The notes under the pieces were generated by a model, which saw only the letters and a list, made by a program, of their open reading frames with translations, had not been told where the DNA came from and did no database searches. A program made the translations under genes and the position numbers. A stretch of DNA of 63,079 nt, the filler included, from Corallochytrium limacisporum Hawaii (lineage: Eukaryota > Protista > Pluriformea): NCBI GenBank assembly GCA_002811645.1. It is 3 parts of 3 records of this genome, joined end to end, with 100 filler letters (N's around TTAATTAATTAA, not from the genome) between each part and the next. Parts side by side here need not be neighbours in the genome. Positions count along the whole stretch, not along the records: positions 46,411 to 63,079 come from PDIP01000172.1; 2 more parts are not named here. One strand, 5' to 3'. Shown here piece by piece: positions 48,764-59,914 of the stretch. Every line of letters begins with the position of its first letter. Positions within the stretch are counted from its first letter, which is position 1.

Positions 48764-48993
48764 TTCCTAGGATGCTTGACACAACAGTCCATATCATTTT
48801 GTCTGAGTGTAAATTCATAATCCATCATCATGCTCCCAGTTCACATGGGAATTTCAGAATGTGCCAGAACTATGCAAAGTATCGATTGCATCTTCTCTGA
48901 CAGAAATATAACACATAGTGCCAGTAGGAATAGGGTTTGTACGACTTTGTCTATGATTTCTTGCGTTTGTTCGGTCTTTCATAAGGAGTCAAT

Positions 48994-51900
48994 TTACCGT
49001 ACTCGAGCAAGCTCACTCTTTGCTATACTCATGCGGTGGACTTCATCGGGTCCATCGGCGTACCGCAAAATCCGGGCCCATGTAAACATGCCCGCGAGAG
49101 GGAAGTCCTGGCAAAGTCCAGCAGCGCCGTGTGCTTGCATAGCTCTATCAATTACTCGGCTGGCCAAATTGGGAACCGCCACCTTGATCATTGCAATGTC
49201 AGTCTTGGCAATCTTGTTGCCGTAGAGATCCATCATCTTAGCAGCGTGCAATGTCAGCAACCGTGCTTGTTCGATGTCGATACGGCTTTCCGCAATGTCA
49301 TGCTGGATGGTACCTTTCTCGGCTAGGGTAGTGCCAAAGGCCACTCGGCTAACACTGCGTTCCAGCATCAGCTGTAGTGACCGCTCCATGGATCCGATCA
49401 GTCGCATACAATGGTGTATGCGACCGGGTCCAAGACGGCCTTGCGCAATCTCAAATCCTCGGCCAGGCCCCAGCAACATGTTCTCCTTGGGCACCTTCAC
49501 TTCGTCAAACCGGGTTTCTGCATGACCATGAGGATTGTCCAGGGCACCAAATACCTTCAGAGGACGGATCACGGACACTCCAGGGGCATCCATGTCAACC
49601 AAAATCATAGAGTGTTGTTGATGGCGAGGAAGTGAAGGATTGTCTGTTCGGCCCATAAAGATAGCCACTTTACACCGAGGGTCCATTGCACCAGACGTCC
49701 ACCATTTATGGCCATTGACAAGGTAGTGGTCGTCCTTCTCTACTATGGTTGCTTGCATGTTGGTCGCGTCTGAGCTGGCAACGGCAGGTTCAGTCATCGC
49801 AAAGCATGACCTAATGTCCCCATTTAGCAGAGGAGTCAGGTACTTTTGCTTCTGCGCGTCTGTGGCATATCTGACCAAGACTTCCATGTTTCCAGTGTCG
49901 GGTGCGTTGCAATTGAACACCTCAGGGGCCCAAAGACTGCGGCCCATTAATTCACAAAGTGGAGCATACTCCACGTTTGTTAAACCCGCGCCATATTTCG
50001 ACTCAGGGTCGGATTCCAAGGGCATAAACAAATTCCACAACCCTTCTTGCTTGGCCTCTGCCTTCATTTCCTCTATCAATGGTGGAATCTTCCATGTGTT
50101 GCCCTCCTCAGCGAGCCAATTTTCGATGTCTTCCTCAGCTGGTATGATTCGTTCGTGTACAAATTCATTGATTCGCCCATGCATTTGCTTACAGCGGTCG
50201 CCCATGTTCCATGTATAGAGCGGTCTCACAGCGAAATCGCGCTTGTCAAAGTCTTGAGGGGGCGTACTAGCAATAGTGGCGTAGCCCCGAACTCCAGCAG
50301 GTGTCGAATGATCACCTGTGGTATTGCGAGGTCGCACAGGCTCAGTTCTAACGTACAAGGGAGGTTGGTTGAGGACGTCAACAGCTGTATCTGCCATTAG
50401 CGAAGTCATTTTACCAACTTCCTTTGCATTCGATCCAGAAGCCTGTCCATCGATGGCTCTCTTGTAAACCCCTTGTAGAATGGCCGCCACCCGGAAAAGA
50501 GCAAAGCTGATGTAAATATTCCAATTCTCTACCGGCAAATAGTCGGCGCTCTTGAAATACTCTCGGATGTAGTCCTTTTCAGCAGGAATACCCATACTGG
50601 AAATGTCCAGACCAACAAATCCAGGCAAAACAGGCAGATTCCTATCCATATGGTACGGCAAGCAATTGTAGGCCAGATCGCTCACCGGATCGCCCAGTGT
50701 CGAAAGTTCCCAGTCTAGAATGGCCATCACCTTAGGCTCAGAAGGGTGGAAGATAAGGTTGTCAAGTCGGAAATCGCCGTGCACAACGCTGAGCGCATGA
50801 TCGGCTTCAACAATCTGAGGCAGTTTTTCCATCAGTGCATTCATCGACGGAATGTCCTCAGTCTGGGATGCAGTGTACTGCTTTGACCAGGTCTTCACTT
50901 GTCGCTGCATGTACGCTGAGTCGCGTTTTCCATAATTATCTAGTCCAGCCTTCACAGGATCCACACTATGCAGAGCAACCAAAGTCTCTCTCATTGCATT
51001 GTAAATTTCAGCTCTCTGCGTGGGAGTCATGTCAGGTAGGGTTGGGTCCTTAAAGACACGACCGCGTACGTAATCCATGACGTAAAAGTCTGTCCCAATG
51101 ATCGTCTTATCCTGGCAGAGATGCAACACAGTAGGTACGGGTACACCTTGCTGGCCTAAAGCACAAAGGATTTGGAACTCTCTTGCCATGTCGTGGGCAC
51201 CTTTCAGGAGCTTACCTGGAGGTTGTTTGCGTAGAACCATTTCACGATGGCCTGATTTCATATAGAAGGTAGGATTACTCTGTCCATGAGAAAATTGTCG
51301 CAGCACAATAGGTGTCTCCAAGTCTAGTGTCTTGGAAAGGTACTTAAAGAGACTATCTTGATCGACAGCGTGTCCATTTCGCACTTGGGTCACTCCGGGA
51401 ACAGGTTTGTCATGAAGCGGTAGTTGGACCGCTACTTCCAGATCATGTATGGCTTTCCAAGAGTTCATAGGGTCGACTTTGATTGTATGGATGCCAAGTT
51501 TCTTGGCTCCACTAAGATTCCTACCAATGTCATCGAGAAACACGGCATCAGCCGCTTCTACACCAGTCTTTTCAAGTGCCAAACTGTAGATACGTTCGTC
51601 AGGCTTTCTCATACCCACCCGAGCACTCTCAACGACATGATCAAACAGATTGAAAACCTGCGGATCACTTGCCACTGAGCTGTTCGATGAGTCTGCCATC
51701 CAATTATTCGTCAGCGCGACAACGGGCAAACCGTTTTCCTTCAATTTCTGAATTGCCATCACCACATCTGGTTTGGGCTCAAGAGCTGCTACCATCTCGC
51801 TCATCAATTTCGCAGCGTCCACATTCGCTATGCCCGCTGCCGCACACTCCTCTTCGAAAGGTTTGTAGAAGTCCTGTTGAGTGATTCGTCCAGTTTCCAG

Positions 51901-52161
51901 CTTTTCAAATGCCTTCGAGGAACCGAAAACAGAACCGAGACTTCCAGAGGGAATACCAGTAGCGGCCTCGTACTTCGCAATCGCCTGTACCGGAGAACCT
52001 AATACGACGCCACCGAGATCGAATATAACGGCTTTTTTTGGTACAGGTCCCTGAGACTCACGCGTACGCGATGAGGTTGAAAAGCATACCGCAGATGGCA
52101 AACGTATTCTAGCATACAGCAGCCTGCCATGGGGCAGCCTGCTCTGTGCGATCCTCAACAT
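48994..52161 (-). CDS. ACAD10: Acyl-CoA dehydrogenase family member 10 (HAD-like + APH/kinase-like + ACAD domains), 1055 aa
   Basis: FDLGGV / KPD.RIY / FLDD HAD motifs; [24 protein letters not shown]; [48 protein letters not shown]. Confidence 0.96.
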   Translation of the reverse strand: MLRIAQSRLPHGRLLYARIRLPSAVCFSTSSRTRESQGPVPKKAVIFDLGGVVLGSPVQAIAKYEAATGIPSGSLGSVFGSSKAFEKLETGRITQQDFYKPFEEECAAAGIANVDAAKLMSEMVAALEPKPDVVMAIQKLKENGLPVVALTNNWMADSSNSSVASDPQVFNLFDHVVESARVGMRKPDERIYSLALEKTGVEAADAVFLDDIGRNLSGAKKLGIHTIKVDPMNSWKAIHDLEVAVQLPLHDKPVPGVTQVRNGHAVDQDSLFKYLSKTLDLETPIVLRQFSHGQSNPTFYMKSGHREMVLRKQPPGKLLKGAHDMAREFQILCALGQQGVPVPTVLHLCQDKTIIGTDFYVMDYVRGRVFKDPTLPDMTPTQRAEIYNAMRETLVALHSVDPVKAGLDNYGKRDSAYMQRQVKTWSKQYTASQTEDIPSMNALMEKLPQIVEADHALSVVHGDFRLDNLIFHPSEPKVMAILDWELSTLGDPVSDLAYNCLPYHMDRNLPVLPGFVGLDISSMGIPAEKDYIREYFKSADYLPVENWNIYISFALFRVAAILQGVYKRAIDGQASGSNAKEVGKMTSLMADTAVDVLNQPPLYVRTEPVRPRNTTGDHSTPAGVRGYATIASTPPQDFDKRDFAVRPLYTWNMGDRCKQMHGRINEFVHERIIPAEEDIENWLAEEGNTWKIPPLIEEMKAEAKQEGLWNLFMPLESDPESKYGAGLTNVEYAPLCELMGRSLWAPEVFNCNAPDTGNMEVLVRYATDAQKQKYLTPLLNGDIRSCFAMTEPAVASSDATNMQATIVEKDDHYLVNGHKWWTSGAMDPRCKVAIFMGRTDNPSLPRHQQHSMILVDMDAPGVSVIRPLKVFGALDNPHGHAETRFDEVKVPKENMLLGPGRGFEIAQGRLGPGRIHHCMRLIGSMERSLQLMLERSVSRVAFGTTLAEKGTIQHDIAESRIDIEQARLLTLHAAKMMDLYGNKIAKTDIAMIKVAVPNLASRVIDRAMQAHGAAGLCQDFPLAGMFTWARILRYADGPDEVHRMSIAKSELARVR

Positions 52162-53602
52162 GATCTCAAGATGAATCGAGTTTTCTCACCATTATAGCGC
52201 TCAAAGAAGACTCTTTTTGATTTCTGCACCCTAGATCATCATATACCATTCTTGTAAGTAACAGTTTTTGATCAGAGAAAGGAGTAAATTTGAGATTGGT
52301 CCATTGTCGCTTGCTTTGAGCGCCACGCAAGCGCTTTCATACGAATGAAGCCCCTACTCGCAGAAAAGATTCCCCGATGATCCAATTTTAGCATACCTGG
52401 CTTTTTTTTGGGGGGGGGAGGGAGGAGGACACCTCAGTAGTAGATACCATCTACTCTGAAAACCACCTTTCCCAACTTCCTCCATCTCCGGTAGTCAATG
52501 CATCGTCAAATGTTTTCCTCCGCTGTCCCCTGGAAGGACGAGCCTCCGGCGGGTATATATACTATGGAAAACAGACCGCTTTGGAGAACTGACTAAGGCA
52601 TTCTCGCTCTGTAAACACGAGGTACTTGGGCTCTTCGTTCGGACGAGCGCGGTTACAACGGTTCCCTTTCGTGGTTTTTGGCTTGGTGTTCCACGCATGC
52701 CTCAGTGCAGTATCCAACAAAGCAGTTCCGCGGCAACAAACCACTTGACCGGTCACCGGCCACTTGCCGTACCCGTTCGTTGTGGATTGCATTGTGTGCT
52801 TGAGCTGTAGTGAATATCACAGGGAGTGTACCGGCAAGATCTCCTTCAACAGGTCACACCACTGCGGGGCTGAACAGCCGAACACATTTTCTGCGGTGAC
52901 AGGGGATTCGTATATTTATAGACTACATTCCTAAATTCAATATACCGGGCGGCATTGATAGGGAAAAAACACTTGCCAGCTGTGGAAGGGGCGGCCGGGG
53001 ACGTAGGGTGATGAAAAAGGAAATGTCCAGCTTTCTGGACGAATGTGGTGTGCCTGATTCAAAACAATCGGGTGGCCAAGATGGTGCAATTCATAGAGTG
53101 GGACCAAACAATGCGTAAACACACTAAAACATGAGCATCTTACCGTTGTTTCAGCGCCTTTCGTCGATGTGGTCCACTGTCATCCACCTTCCGCTACCAG
53201 GAAGGGTCGCACAAGTTGTGTTCTTAATCTGCGAAGGATAAGCACACGGAATTGACAGTGTAGCCCGGTGGTTAGGGCGGCCACGGGTACAATACCAAGG
53301 GACGAGGTGCGCCATTCGAACGGAAACTCACATTTCGAATACGCGCAACCCCAGTATATAATAGATCTGCGTGCAGGGTGCGCCTCGTACGGAAGAAGAA
53401 TTGAGTCATGAAAGGGAGGGACCTTAACAAAATCTAGTGGGCTCCGCCGAGTTTGTAGGGACGTCGTCAGCCATGATTGAAATTCCCATTGGGTATGAGA
53501 GGCGGCTGGGCAAAGAAGTATCTGACAATATAAAATAGATGTAAAACACTGTGTGTGTGTGCACATTCAGGCTTACTCCATCGTTCCATTGTGGCAACGA
53601 TC

Positions 53603-56600
53603 ATGGTGCTTCCACAGAGCGCATCCGCTGCTTCGGAAATTTCCGACAGTTCGAACGTGGACAGTACCGTTCTGGGACTCCCTGCAGGTTTCGATGTCAA
53701 GGAAATCTCAAAGGCCGCTTCCTTGTTGCGAAGACTACATGAGTCGACACGCGATGAAAAAATTGAAGCACTGCTTCTGCTGCAAGAAGACCAAAATACT
53801 GGTGAAGACACGGGAAAAGATCGGGTTGGGGAAAAGCTGCATGTTTTCAAAGGCTCTGATGTGGTCAAGGAGGCCGAAAAGGCAAACATTGGTCGAGAAT
53901 CTATTTTAACTGCTGCCAATGAGTTGATGAAAGCTGGTATTTTGTCTCCTTTTTCAGACAGCGCTGCTGACCGTGCCCTGGAACAGGAGGATGATGATGT
54001 CTTCCTAGCAGATGATGATGCCCTCTACATCTTCACACCCTCGCAACAGCCCCATGATTTTGAAATGCGTACTAAGGAAGGAAGCGCCATTTGTGCTATA
54101 TGCCAACAAATGATTTGGGATCTTACTGTTGCTCAATGCAAACTTTGTAGTGAATTAGTGCACAAGGACTGCATGCCTACCGCAAGTCTGACAATGTGCT
54201 ATAGCCGTGTAAGTGCGAAAGTGGGCGCCAGCCTAGATACAGACATAAGCAGCCTAGCTGAAGGTGTCGATGGTCTATCTATGACACCTGGTAGTGTGCG
54301 AGGCACCGACGAAGATGGGGAGCAAGATGAAGACCACGATGACACCACGGAACATGACCATCTCACTCCGCTGCCTCCGAATCGAGTGGCTCTTGCCATT
54401 CCTGATGATGAAAAAGCCAACACAGATTTTGCATCCCTCCATCAGCGTGTCCAGGAGTCTGTTCGAACTCACAAGTGTGTCCTTGATCCGTCGTGTGTTC
54501 TCAAGAAGGAGAATGTTGAAAAAGACGACCCCCAATATGAAATCGATCCCTTACCTGGAAGCATGCCATTGCTATTCCTCATCAATCGGAAATCGGGGGG
54601 CAATGCAGGCGGTCGGTTGCTAACCAAGTTGAAAACGTATATGAATTTCCATGACTGTCAGTTACGTGATCTCATTGCTGAGGGCCCCCGGCAGTCTCTC
54701 ATTGACTTCATGAAAGTTCCAAATCATGTTGTCGTGGTAGGAGGCGGTGATGGCAGTGTCGGATGGGTTATGATGGAAATGGATAAAATAGACTATCCAG
54801 ATGGCACGCGTCCTGCTGTTGCCGTCTTTCCTCTGGGTACTGGAAATGACTTGGGACGGACTCTGGGCAGTGGAGGTGGTCTCTCTCGTTTCCGCGATGC
54901 GCTGGATATGATTGATGACATCCCATCAGCGGGCCGCGAAAATCTTGACCGCTGGACGGTCGATGTTTGCGAAGACGGTCAAGATGGTCCTCTGTGCCTG
55001 GGACGACACTTAGTTATGAACAATTACTTCAGCATTGGTATCGATGCCCACATTGCTTTGAAATTCCACGAAGCACGTGAGTCAAACCCAACTCGCTACA
55101 GCAATCAAGTTGTAAACAAGATCGCGTATGCAGGATTTGGGGCCCGTGCAATGCTTCGTCACAAACGACTCGGCAAACGCCTTGAAGTTGAGGTCGATGG
55201 TGTTCGAGTTGAAATCCCGGATGCAGTGGAAGCCATTGTTGTCCTAAATATCCCCTCATATGCTAGTGGTACTCATCCATGGGGTACACACAAGTCCAAG
55301 AAGTATAAAGAGTTGGCGATTGGAGACGGCTTTGTCGAAGTTCTCGGTATCCGCAGTGCAGTACATCAGGGTGTCATGCAAGCAGCAGGAGGAAAGATCA
55401 CAGGTACACGATTGGGTCAAGGAAAGACGGTCGTGGTCACACTGAAGAAGCCCATGGCGATGCAACTTGATGGGGAACCATGGCTTCAAACGCCAGCAAG
55501 TGTGCATATTCAATTCCACCGACGCAATGAGATGATCCACTTCAAAAAACGCAAAGACAAGACGCATCCCATTCCAACAGTGGAGAGTGGTACAGTAGCT
55601 GACATACTGACTGATGCTTCTACGCTCGAGGACCTGAAGACTGCTATTCTAAGGAGGTTCAATGAGGTAGATGATGCCGGGAGGACTGTAAAACGAAACG
55701 CTTTCTTGGGAGTAGATTGCGTAAACTTCATCATGTTTCATATGAAGCTGGGTGACCGCAATTTAGGTATTAACATCGGACAGGAATTACTTGAACAGGA
55801 CTTCTTCCATGCAGTGAACAGTAATCCAAAGTTCCGAGATGACAAGACCTATTATCGCTTCGGTCCACCCAAGAAAGGTGGCAAGGAAGAGACAGTGGCC
55901 ATGGCAAAGGACATCATTGGCCGCATGGACAATAGAACACTGCGGGAATGTCTCACTGAACTCATCAGTAGTAATCGAGAAGCTCGCCTGACGGTTGTTA
56001 ATCTTTATCGCCATACTTTGGTTGAACCAGTGGCTTCTGATGCCCTTGAGACCTTTGACTATCCTGCGTCTGAGAGCACAAACAGTCCTACAAGTGAAAT
56101 GCGTTTGACCCCGAGTAACAGGAGTCGTACTCCGACTATTTTGCACGCTGAGGACATTAGGCGTACTGGTGAGAATCCCTTCGAAGAAGACGAGCCAGGC
56201 AGTTTTGTCGCTCTTTGTCGGATCACCATCGAGCAAGCCACGGAGATTCGAGACGGAGGCAAGCTTCTTGGTCCTGGCGTGAAAGTTGGATTTGCTGTCG
56301 GCACGAAGTTTGACACACAGAGGTCAACTAGGCGTGTCAAAGGGCCAAACCCCATTGTTGGCGAAGAATTCTGCTTCATGATCATTCGAAGTGATGAAAT
56401 TCTCTCGTTTGGTATCCTCGGCAAAACCATGTTGCATAGCTTGCCAGGGATGGACGCTACACGGATTGGATACGGTTATCTTCCGGTATCGTCCCTGAAA
56501 CCGGGACAGCAAACTCGTTGGGTTTCTATCAAACTGGATGACGTAGTTACAGGTAATATTAAGGCGACCGTTGACTACAGCTATCTGAATGGAACAAATG

Positions 56601-57571
56601 ACACCGGAAGCTGCTTGGGACCTGAACCTCTTCAAATCCTTGATCCATCCACCGGTGGCTTCAAAGGTCTCATCACAGCTGTCTCTGAAGCCAATCACAT
56701 CATCTGTGTCACAGACAACGTGTACACTGTGGCCGAACCTGGTGAGAAGCGTGATGATACCTTTGAGGGCATCTTCCAGTACTCTCTGGCTCCCCTCAAA
56801 GATTCAGATGTCGACATTTATATGCAGCCAGCACGATATATGGCATCCAACAAATGGGTTCGATTGGGTATGTTTACAACTGACAAGAGTGGTCGGATCA
56901 AGATTCCTGTGCCTGAAAGAGTCTTGCAAAATATTGGCCACTTCCGTGTTCGGGCGGTTGTGCGGCGAGACAACAGTGTGGCCAGTGGCTCTCTCTTTAT
57001 CGTGCCTAAAGGTGCCAAGTTCGTCATATATGATATCGACGGAACCCTCAGCGTCGGAGACGAGGAAGTCGTTCAACAAACGGTTAAGGATACCATGTAT
57101 GTGAACCATGATGTCAAGCTTCGTAAGGGTGCTGTTTCATTGGTGCAAATTTGGGCCTCGAAAGGGTACCTACCTTTGTATGTGAGTGGTCGTGCGGGAT
57201 CCTTCTATAACCTTACTCGTGAATGGTGTGAGCGTCATGGACTTCCTCCTGGTGTCATCCATCACACGTCGAATCATCTGCCCACTCTTCCAACCTGGTT
57301 CAGTGTGGGACGCTTTAAGCTCCAATTCATGCGCAACCTAATGGCACAGGGCTATGAGATTTATGCAGCGTATGGCAACACAGGGAACGACATCCGAGCT
57401 TATCGTGACGCTGGCATTCCTCTGGAACGAACGTTCATTGTGGGTCCAAATCAGGGCAAGCGTGGTACACAGAAGGCTGGTCGACACAACTTTGTTGAAC
57501 ACATCCGCACATATCTAGTCGATCTTCCTGTGTCTGACGCGCCCTGTCCCAACAAGGCTCTCTGGTGGTAA
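53603..57571 (+). CDS. Diacylglycerol kinase fused to DEP, C1, C2 and a Nir/RdgB-type LNS2 (lipin-like HAD) domain, 1322 aa
   Basis: One uninterrupted ORF. Degenerate DEP (FKGSDVV...LYIF), C1 (H-x12-C..C...C..C....H..C), DAGK (INRKSGG, GGDG, PLGTGNDL, NNYFSIGIDA, QLDGEP), DEP (FLGVDCV.F...G..L...FRDD..YYRF), C2, Ig-like region, LNS2 (YDIDGT, VSGR, YGNTGND). First ATG at 53603. Confidence 0.9.
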   Translation: MVLPQSASAASEISDSSNVDSTVLGLPAGFDVKEISKAASLLRRLHESTRDEKIEALLLLQEDQNTGEDTGKDRVGEKLHVFKGSDVVKEAEKANIGRESILTAANELMKAGILSPFSDSAADRALEQEDDDVFLADDDALYIFTPSQQPHDFEMRTKEGSAICAICQQMIWDLTVAQCKLCSELVHKDCMPTASLTMCYSRVSAKVGASLDTDISSLAEGVDGLSMTPGSVRGTDEDGEQDEDHDDTTEHDHLTPLPPNRVALAIPDDEKANTDFASLHQRVQESVRTHKCVLDPSCVLKKENVEKDDPQYEIDPLPGSMPLLFLINRKSGGNAGGRLLTKLKTYMNFHDCQLRDLIAEGPRQSLIDFMKVPNHVVVVGGGDGSVGWVMMEMDKIDYPDGTRPAVAVFPLGTGNDLGRTLGSGGGLSRFRDALDMIDDIPSAGRENLDRWTVDVCEDGQDGPLCLGRHLVMNNYFSIGIDAHIALKFHEARESNPTRYSNQVVNKIAYAGFGARAMLRHKRLGKRLEVEVDGVRVEIPDAVEAIVVLNIPSYASGTHPWGTHKSKKYKELAIGDGFVEVLGIRSAVHQGVMQAAGGKITGTRLGQGKTVVVTLKKPMAMQLDGEPWLQTPASVHIQFHRRNEMIHFKKRKDKTHPIPTVESGTVADILTDASTLEDLKTAILRRFNEVDDAGRTVKRNAFLGVDCVNFIMFHMKLGDRNLGINIGQELLEQDFFHAVNSNPKFRDDKTYYRFGPPKKGGKEETVAMAKDIIGRMDNRTLRECLTELISSNREARLTVVNLYRHTLVEPVASDALETFDYPASESTNSPTSEMRLTPSNRSRTPTILHAEDIRRTGENPFEEDEPGSFVALCRITIEQATEIRDGGKLLGPGVKVGFAVGTKFDTQRSTRRVKGPNPIVGEEFCFMIIRSDEILSFGILGKTMLHSLPGMDATRIGYGYLPVSSLKPGQQTRWVSIKLDDVVTGNIKATVDYSYLNGTNDTGSCLGPEPLQILDPSTGGFKGLITAVSEANHIICVTDNVYTVAEPGEKRDDTFEGIFQYSLAPLKDSDVDIYMQPARYMASNKWVRLGMFTTDKSGRIKIPVPERVLQNIGHFRVRAVVRRDNSVASGSLFIVPKGAKFVIYDIDGTLSVGDEEVVQQTVKDTMYVNHDVKLRKGAVSLVQIWASKGYLPLYVSGRAGSFYNLTREWCERHGLPPGVIHHTSNHLPTLPTWFSVGRFKLQFMRNLMAQGYEIYAAYGNTGNDIRAYRDAGIPLERTFIVGPNQGKRGTQKAGRHNFVEHIRTYLVDLPVSDAPCPNKALWW

Positions 57572-57688
57572 ACAGGAACAAACACGATTTGTCTCATCGC
57601 AGTATCTCACGTTGGTCACAGAGGATTGATGAATAGATGTTTAATTTTAGTGTCATGATGAGTTGTGGTGCACTTCTCCAGACATCCA

Positions 57689-59203
57689 TCAAGCACCTTT
57701 CTGTGGATTTTTCTTTGCTCCCTTCTTACCTTTCGACGCAGCTGCGGCCTGCTCCTCGTCAATCGGTGCCGGACGCACAAACGGTATTTCTTCGCCATAG
57801 CTCGTTGGGAAGTATGGCTTGAGGACAGCAGGGATTTTCACACCAGTCTCAGTCTGGTAGTTCTCTAAGATTACGCAGATAACTCGCGTGAGAGCTGCCA
57901 TGGTAGAGTTGAGCATGTGGCAATATGCAGTTTTCGTACCAGCCTCCTTGGTTGTTCCATACCTAGTCATAACCCGACGAGCTTGGTAGTCAGTGCAATT
58001 AGAACACGAAACCAATTCCCGGTACGCTTTAGAACCAGCAAACCATCCTTCAAGGTCATACTTTTTTGCTGCAGCGTTATTTAGGGCACCGCTCACAACG
58101 TTGACAATACGATAGGGAATCTCCAAGTCCTTATAGAGCTGTTCCGCAACGTCAATCATTCGTTCCATTTCCTTCCAGCTGGCATCATCATCTGGGCTAG
58201 TGAGGACAAATTGCTCAATCTTCTCAAACTGATGCACACGGAAGATGCCGCGGGTATCACGACCATGAGAGCCAACTTCTTGACGGAAGCATGTGCTCAT
58301 ACCAGCATATCGAATGGGAAATTTCTCTTTCGATATCCACTCATCACGATGATAGGCACAAATAGATTGTTCACTGGTAGCAATCAAATATTTCTCTTCT
58401 ACTTGAGCATCATCCTTGAGCTCACTGGCCTTTCCCGTCACTTTGTACAGTTCCTCGTCAAACTGAGACAATTGGGCAACCTCCATCATGATATTCTTGT
58501 TCATGAAGAATGGGGTGTACAAGGGAGTATAGCCCTTGGCTACCAGAGAATGCAAGCAGTAACTAATGATCGCCTGCTCCAACAGAACACAAGGGCCCTT
58601 CAAATAGTAAGAACGCGACCCGGCGGCGACAGAAGCTTTCTCAAATTCAGCACCATCGACCATAATGATCAGGTCGACATGGGAATACTTTTTCTCAACT
58701 GGCTCTCCAAAGGTTCGTTCAACCTTGTTGTCAGCATCCTCGTCATCAGACACCGGTACAGTTTCATGGACGAGATTTCCCATTCCACGCAGGAGCGTGT
58801 CGCGACGACTGACTAGTTCAGCGGCTTTGTCGCCACAGGCTTTCTTTCTCTGCTCTGTAATGGCCTTCAACGCCTTGAGTTGTCTGACATTGAATTCCCT
58901 CAGCTTGTCAGCCTCCTTTGCCATATTCAGTAAATCTTCGCTGTTCGGATCTTTCAATGACTCCGGTACCTCGTCGGTGTCACCTTGAGGTTCCTTAGCC
59001 TTCATCTTCATGCCGATTGTCTTTGAGATGGCATTTCCTACACGATTACATTGGTCTGTCTGAAAAGACAGTTTTCGCCAGTCCTCATCGATCGTAATAA
59101 CTTCGTCCACTTCATCGACTGGCGCATACCGGCGACGCTGGGACTCGCGCACCTTTTCCGGATCGCCGCCTTTCTCTGCCCGAAAAAGATCAATGTCCAA
59201 CAT
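57689..59203 (-). CDS. SARS1: Cytosolic seryl-tRNA synthetase, 504 aa
   Basis: MLDIDLFR.EKGG, AQLSQFDEELYKV, YLIATSEQ, FRQEVGSHGRDTRGIFRVHQFEKIEQF, ELVSCSNCTDYQ; start set at the ATG at 59203. Confidence 0.97.
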   Translation of the reverse strand: MLDIDLFRAEKGGDPEKVRESQRRRYAPVDEVDEVITIDEDWRKLSFQTDQCNRVGNAISKTIGMKMKAKEPQGDTDEVPESLKDPNSEDLLNMAKEADKLREFNVRQLKALKAITEQRKKACGDKAAELVSRRDTLLRGMGNLVHETVPVSDDEDADNKVERTFGEPVEKKYSHVDLIIMVDGAEFEKASVAAGSRSYYLKGPCVLLEQAIISYCLHSLVAKGYTPLYTPFFMNKNIMMEVAQLSQFDEELYKVTGKASELKDDAQVEEKYLIATSEQSICAYHRDEWISKEKFPIRYAGMSTCFRQEVGSHGRDTRGIFRVHQFEKIEQFVLTSPDDDASWKEMERMIDVAEQLYKDLEIPYRIVNVVSGALNNAAAKKYDLEGWFAGSKAYRELVSCSNCTDYQARRVMTRYGTTKEAGTKTAYCHMLNSTMAALTRVICVILENYQTETGVKIPAVLKPYFPTSYGEEIPFVRPAPIDEEQAAAASKGKKGAKKNPQKGA

Positions 59204-59914
59204 GATGAGTTTATGGTGGTATAGAACACTTACCCAGCCATTGTCTGTGGTCTCGACCATGCATAAAAGTTTAGCAATGTAAGTACTTTCAAACTTGTAC
59301 CAAAATGGGTACAATGAAGTCAGTATTGCAATCGACTTATGGCACAGAAACCGAGCGATTTCCAATGATGTAACCATAGGGGGACCGCACCAGGTGTCCG
59401 GGTCCCCTTCCTCACATGGTCGGTCCTTGGCCCCCTCCGTCCCAGTCCTTCCACATTGAGCAATGGGCAGCCCATTTCTTCCGTGTACGCAAATATGCAA
59501 GGATCCTCAGTAAAGTGATTGCAAAAAGGGACAACACCCGCTGTGTCTCCGCCACGAGTAAACAAGGGGATTTATCTCGGTCAGCAAAGAAGCAGAGTTG
59601 TGCCAAAGGGGCCGCGCGGGGGGAAGCGATTCGGAGGGGAGGGAAGTGGAGGGTAGCCAAACAGACGTTCCAAGCAGACGAGTGGGGCACTGGGCATTCG
59701 CTATCGCCAGAGATACCGCAGTTTTGATTGTTCACCGTTGAGGATACTCCATGTCAAGAGAAGAAAGTGTGCGAAAGGCATTTGTGTATTCTTGAAAGTT
59801 GACAAAATAGTACATATGACATCTGCTTGATGACAAAATGTATAGAATGGATATGGTAGACAATCTATAGCAGGACAGACTGTGGACTTCTGAATCGAGC
59901 GGTGCAAAACATGT

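Noticed and set aside
59204-59500. 99-aa N-terminal extension of the SerRS ORF as a possible organellar targeting peptide
   Set aside because: Begins at a non-ATG codon and is Cys/Asp-rich, unlike a presequence; the conserved start is at 59203. Upstream in-frame ATGs cannot be fully excluded without transcript data.
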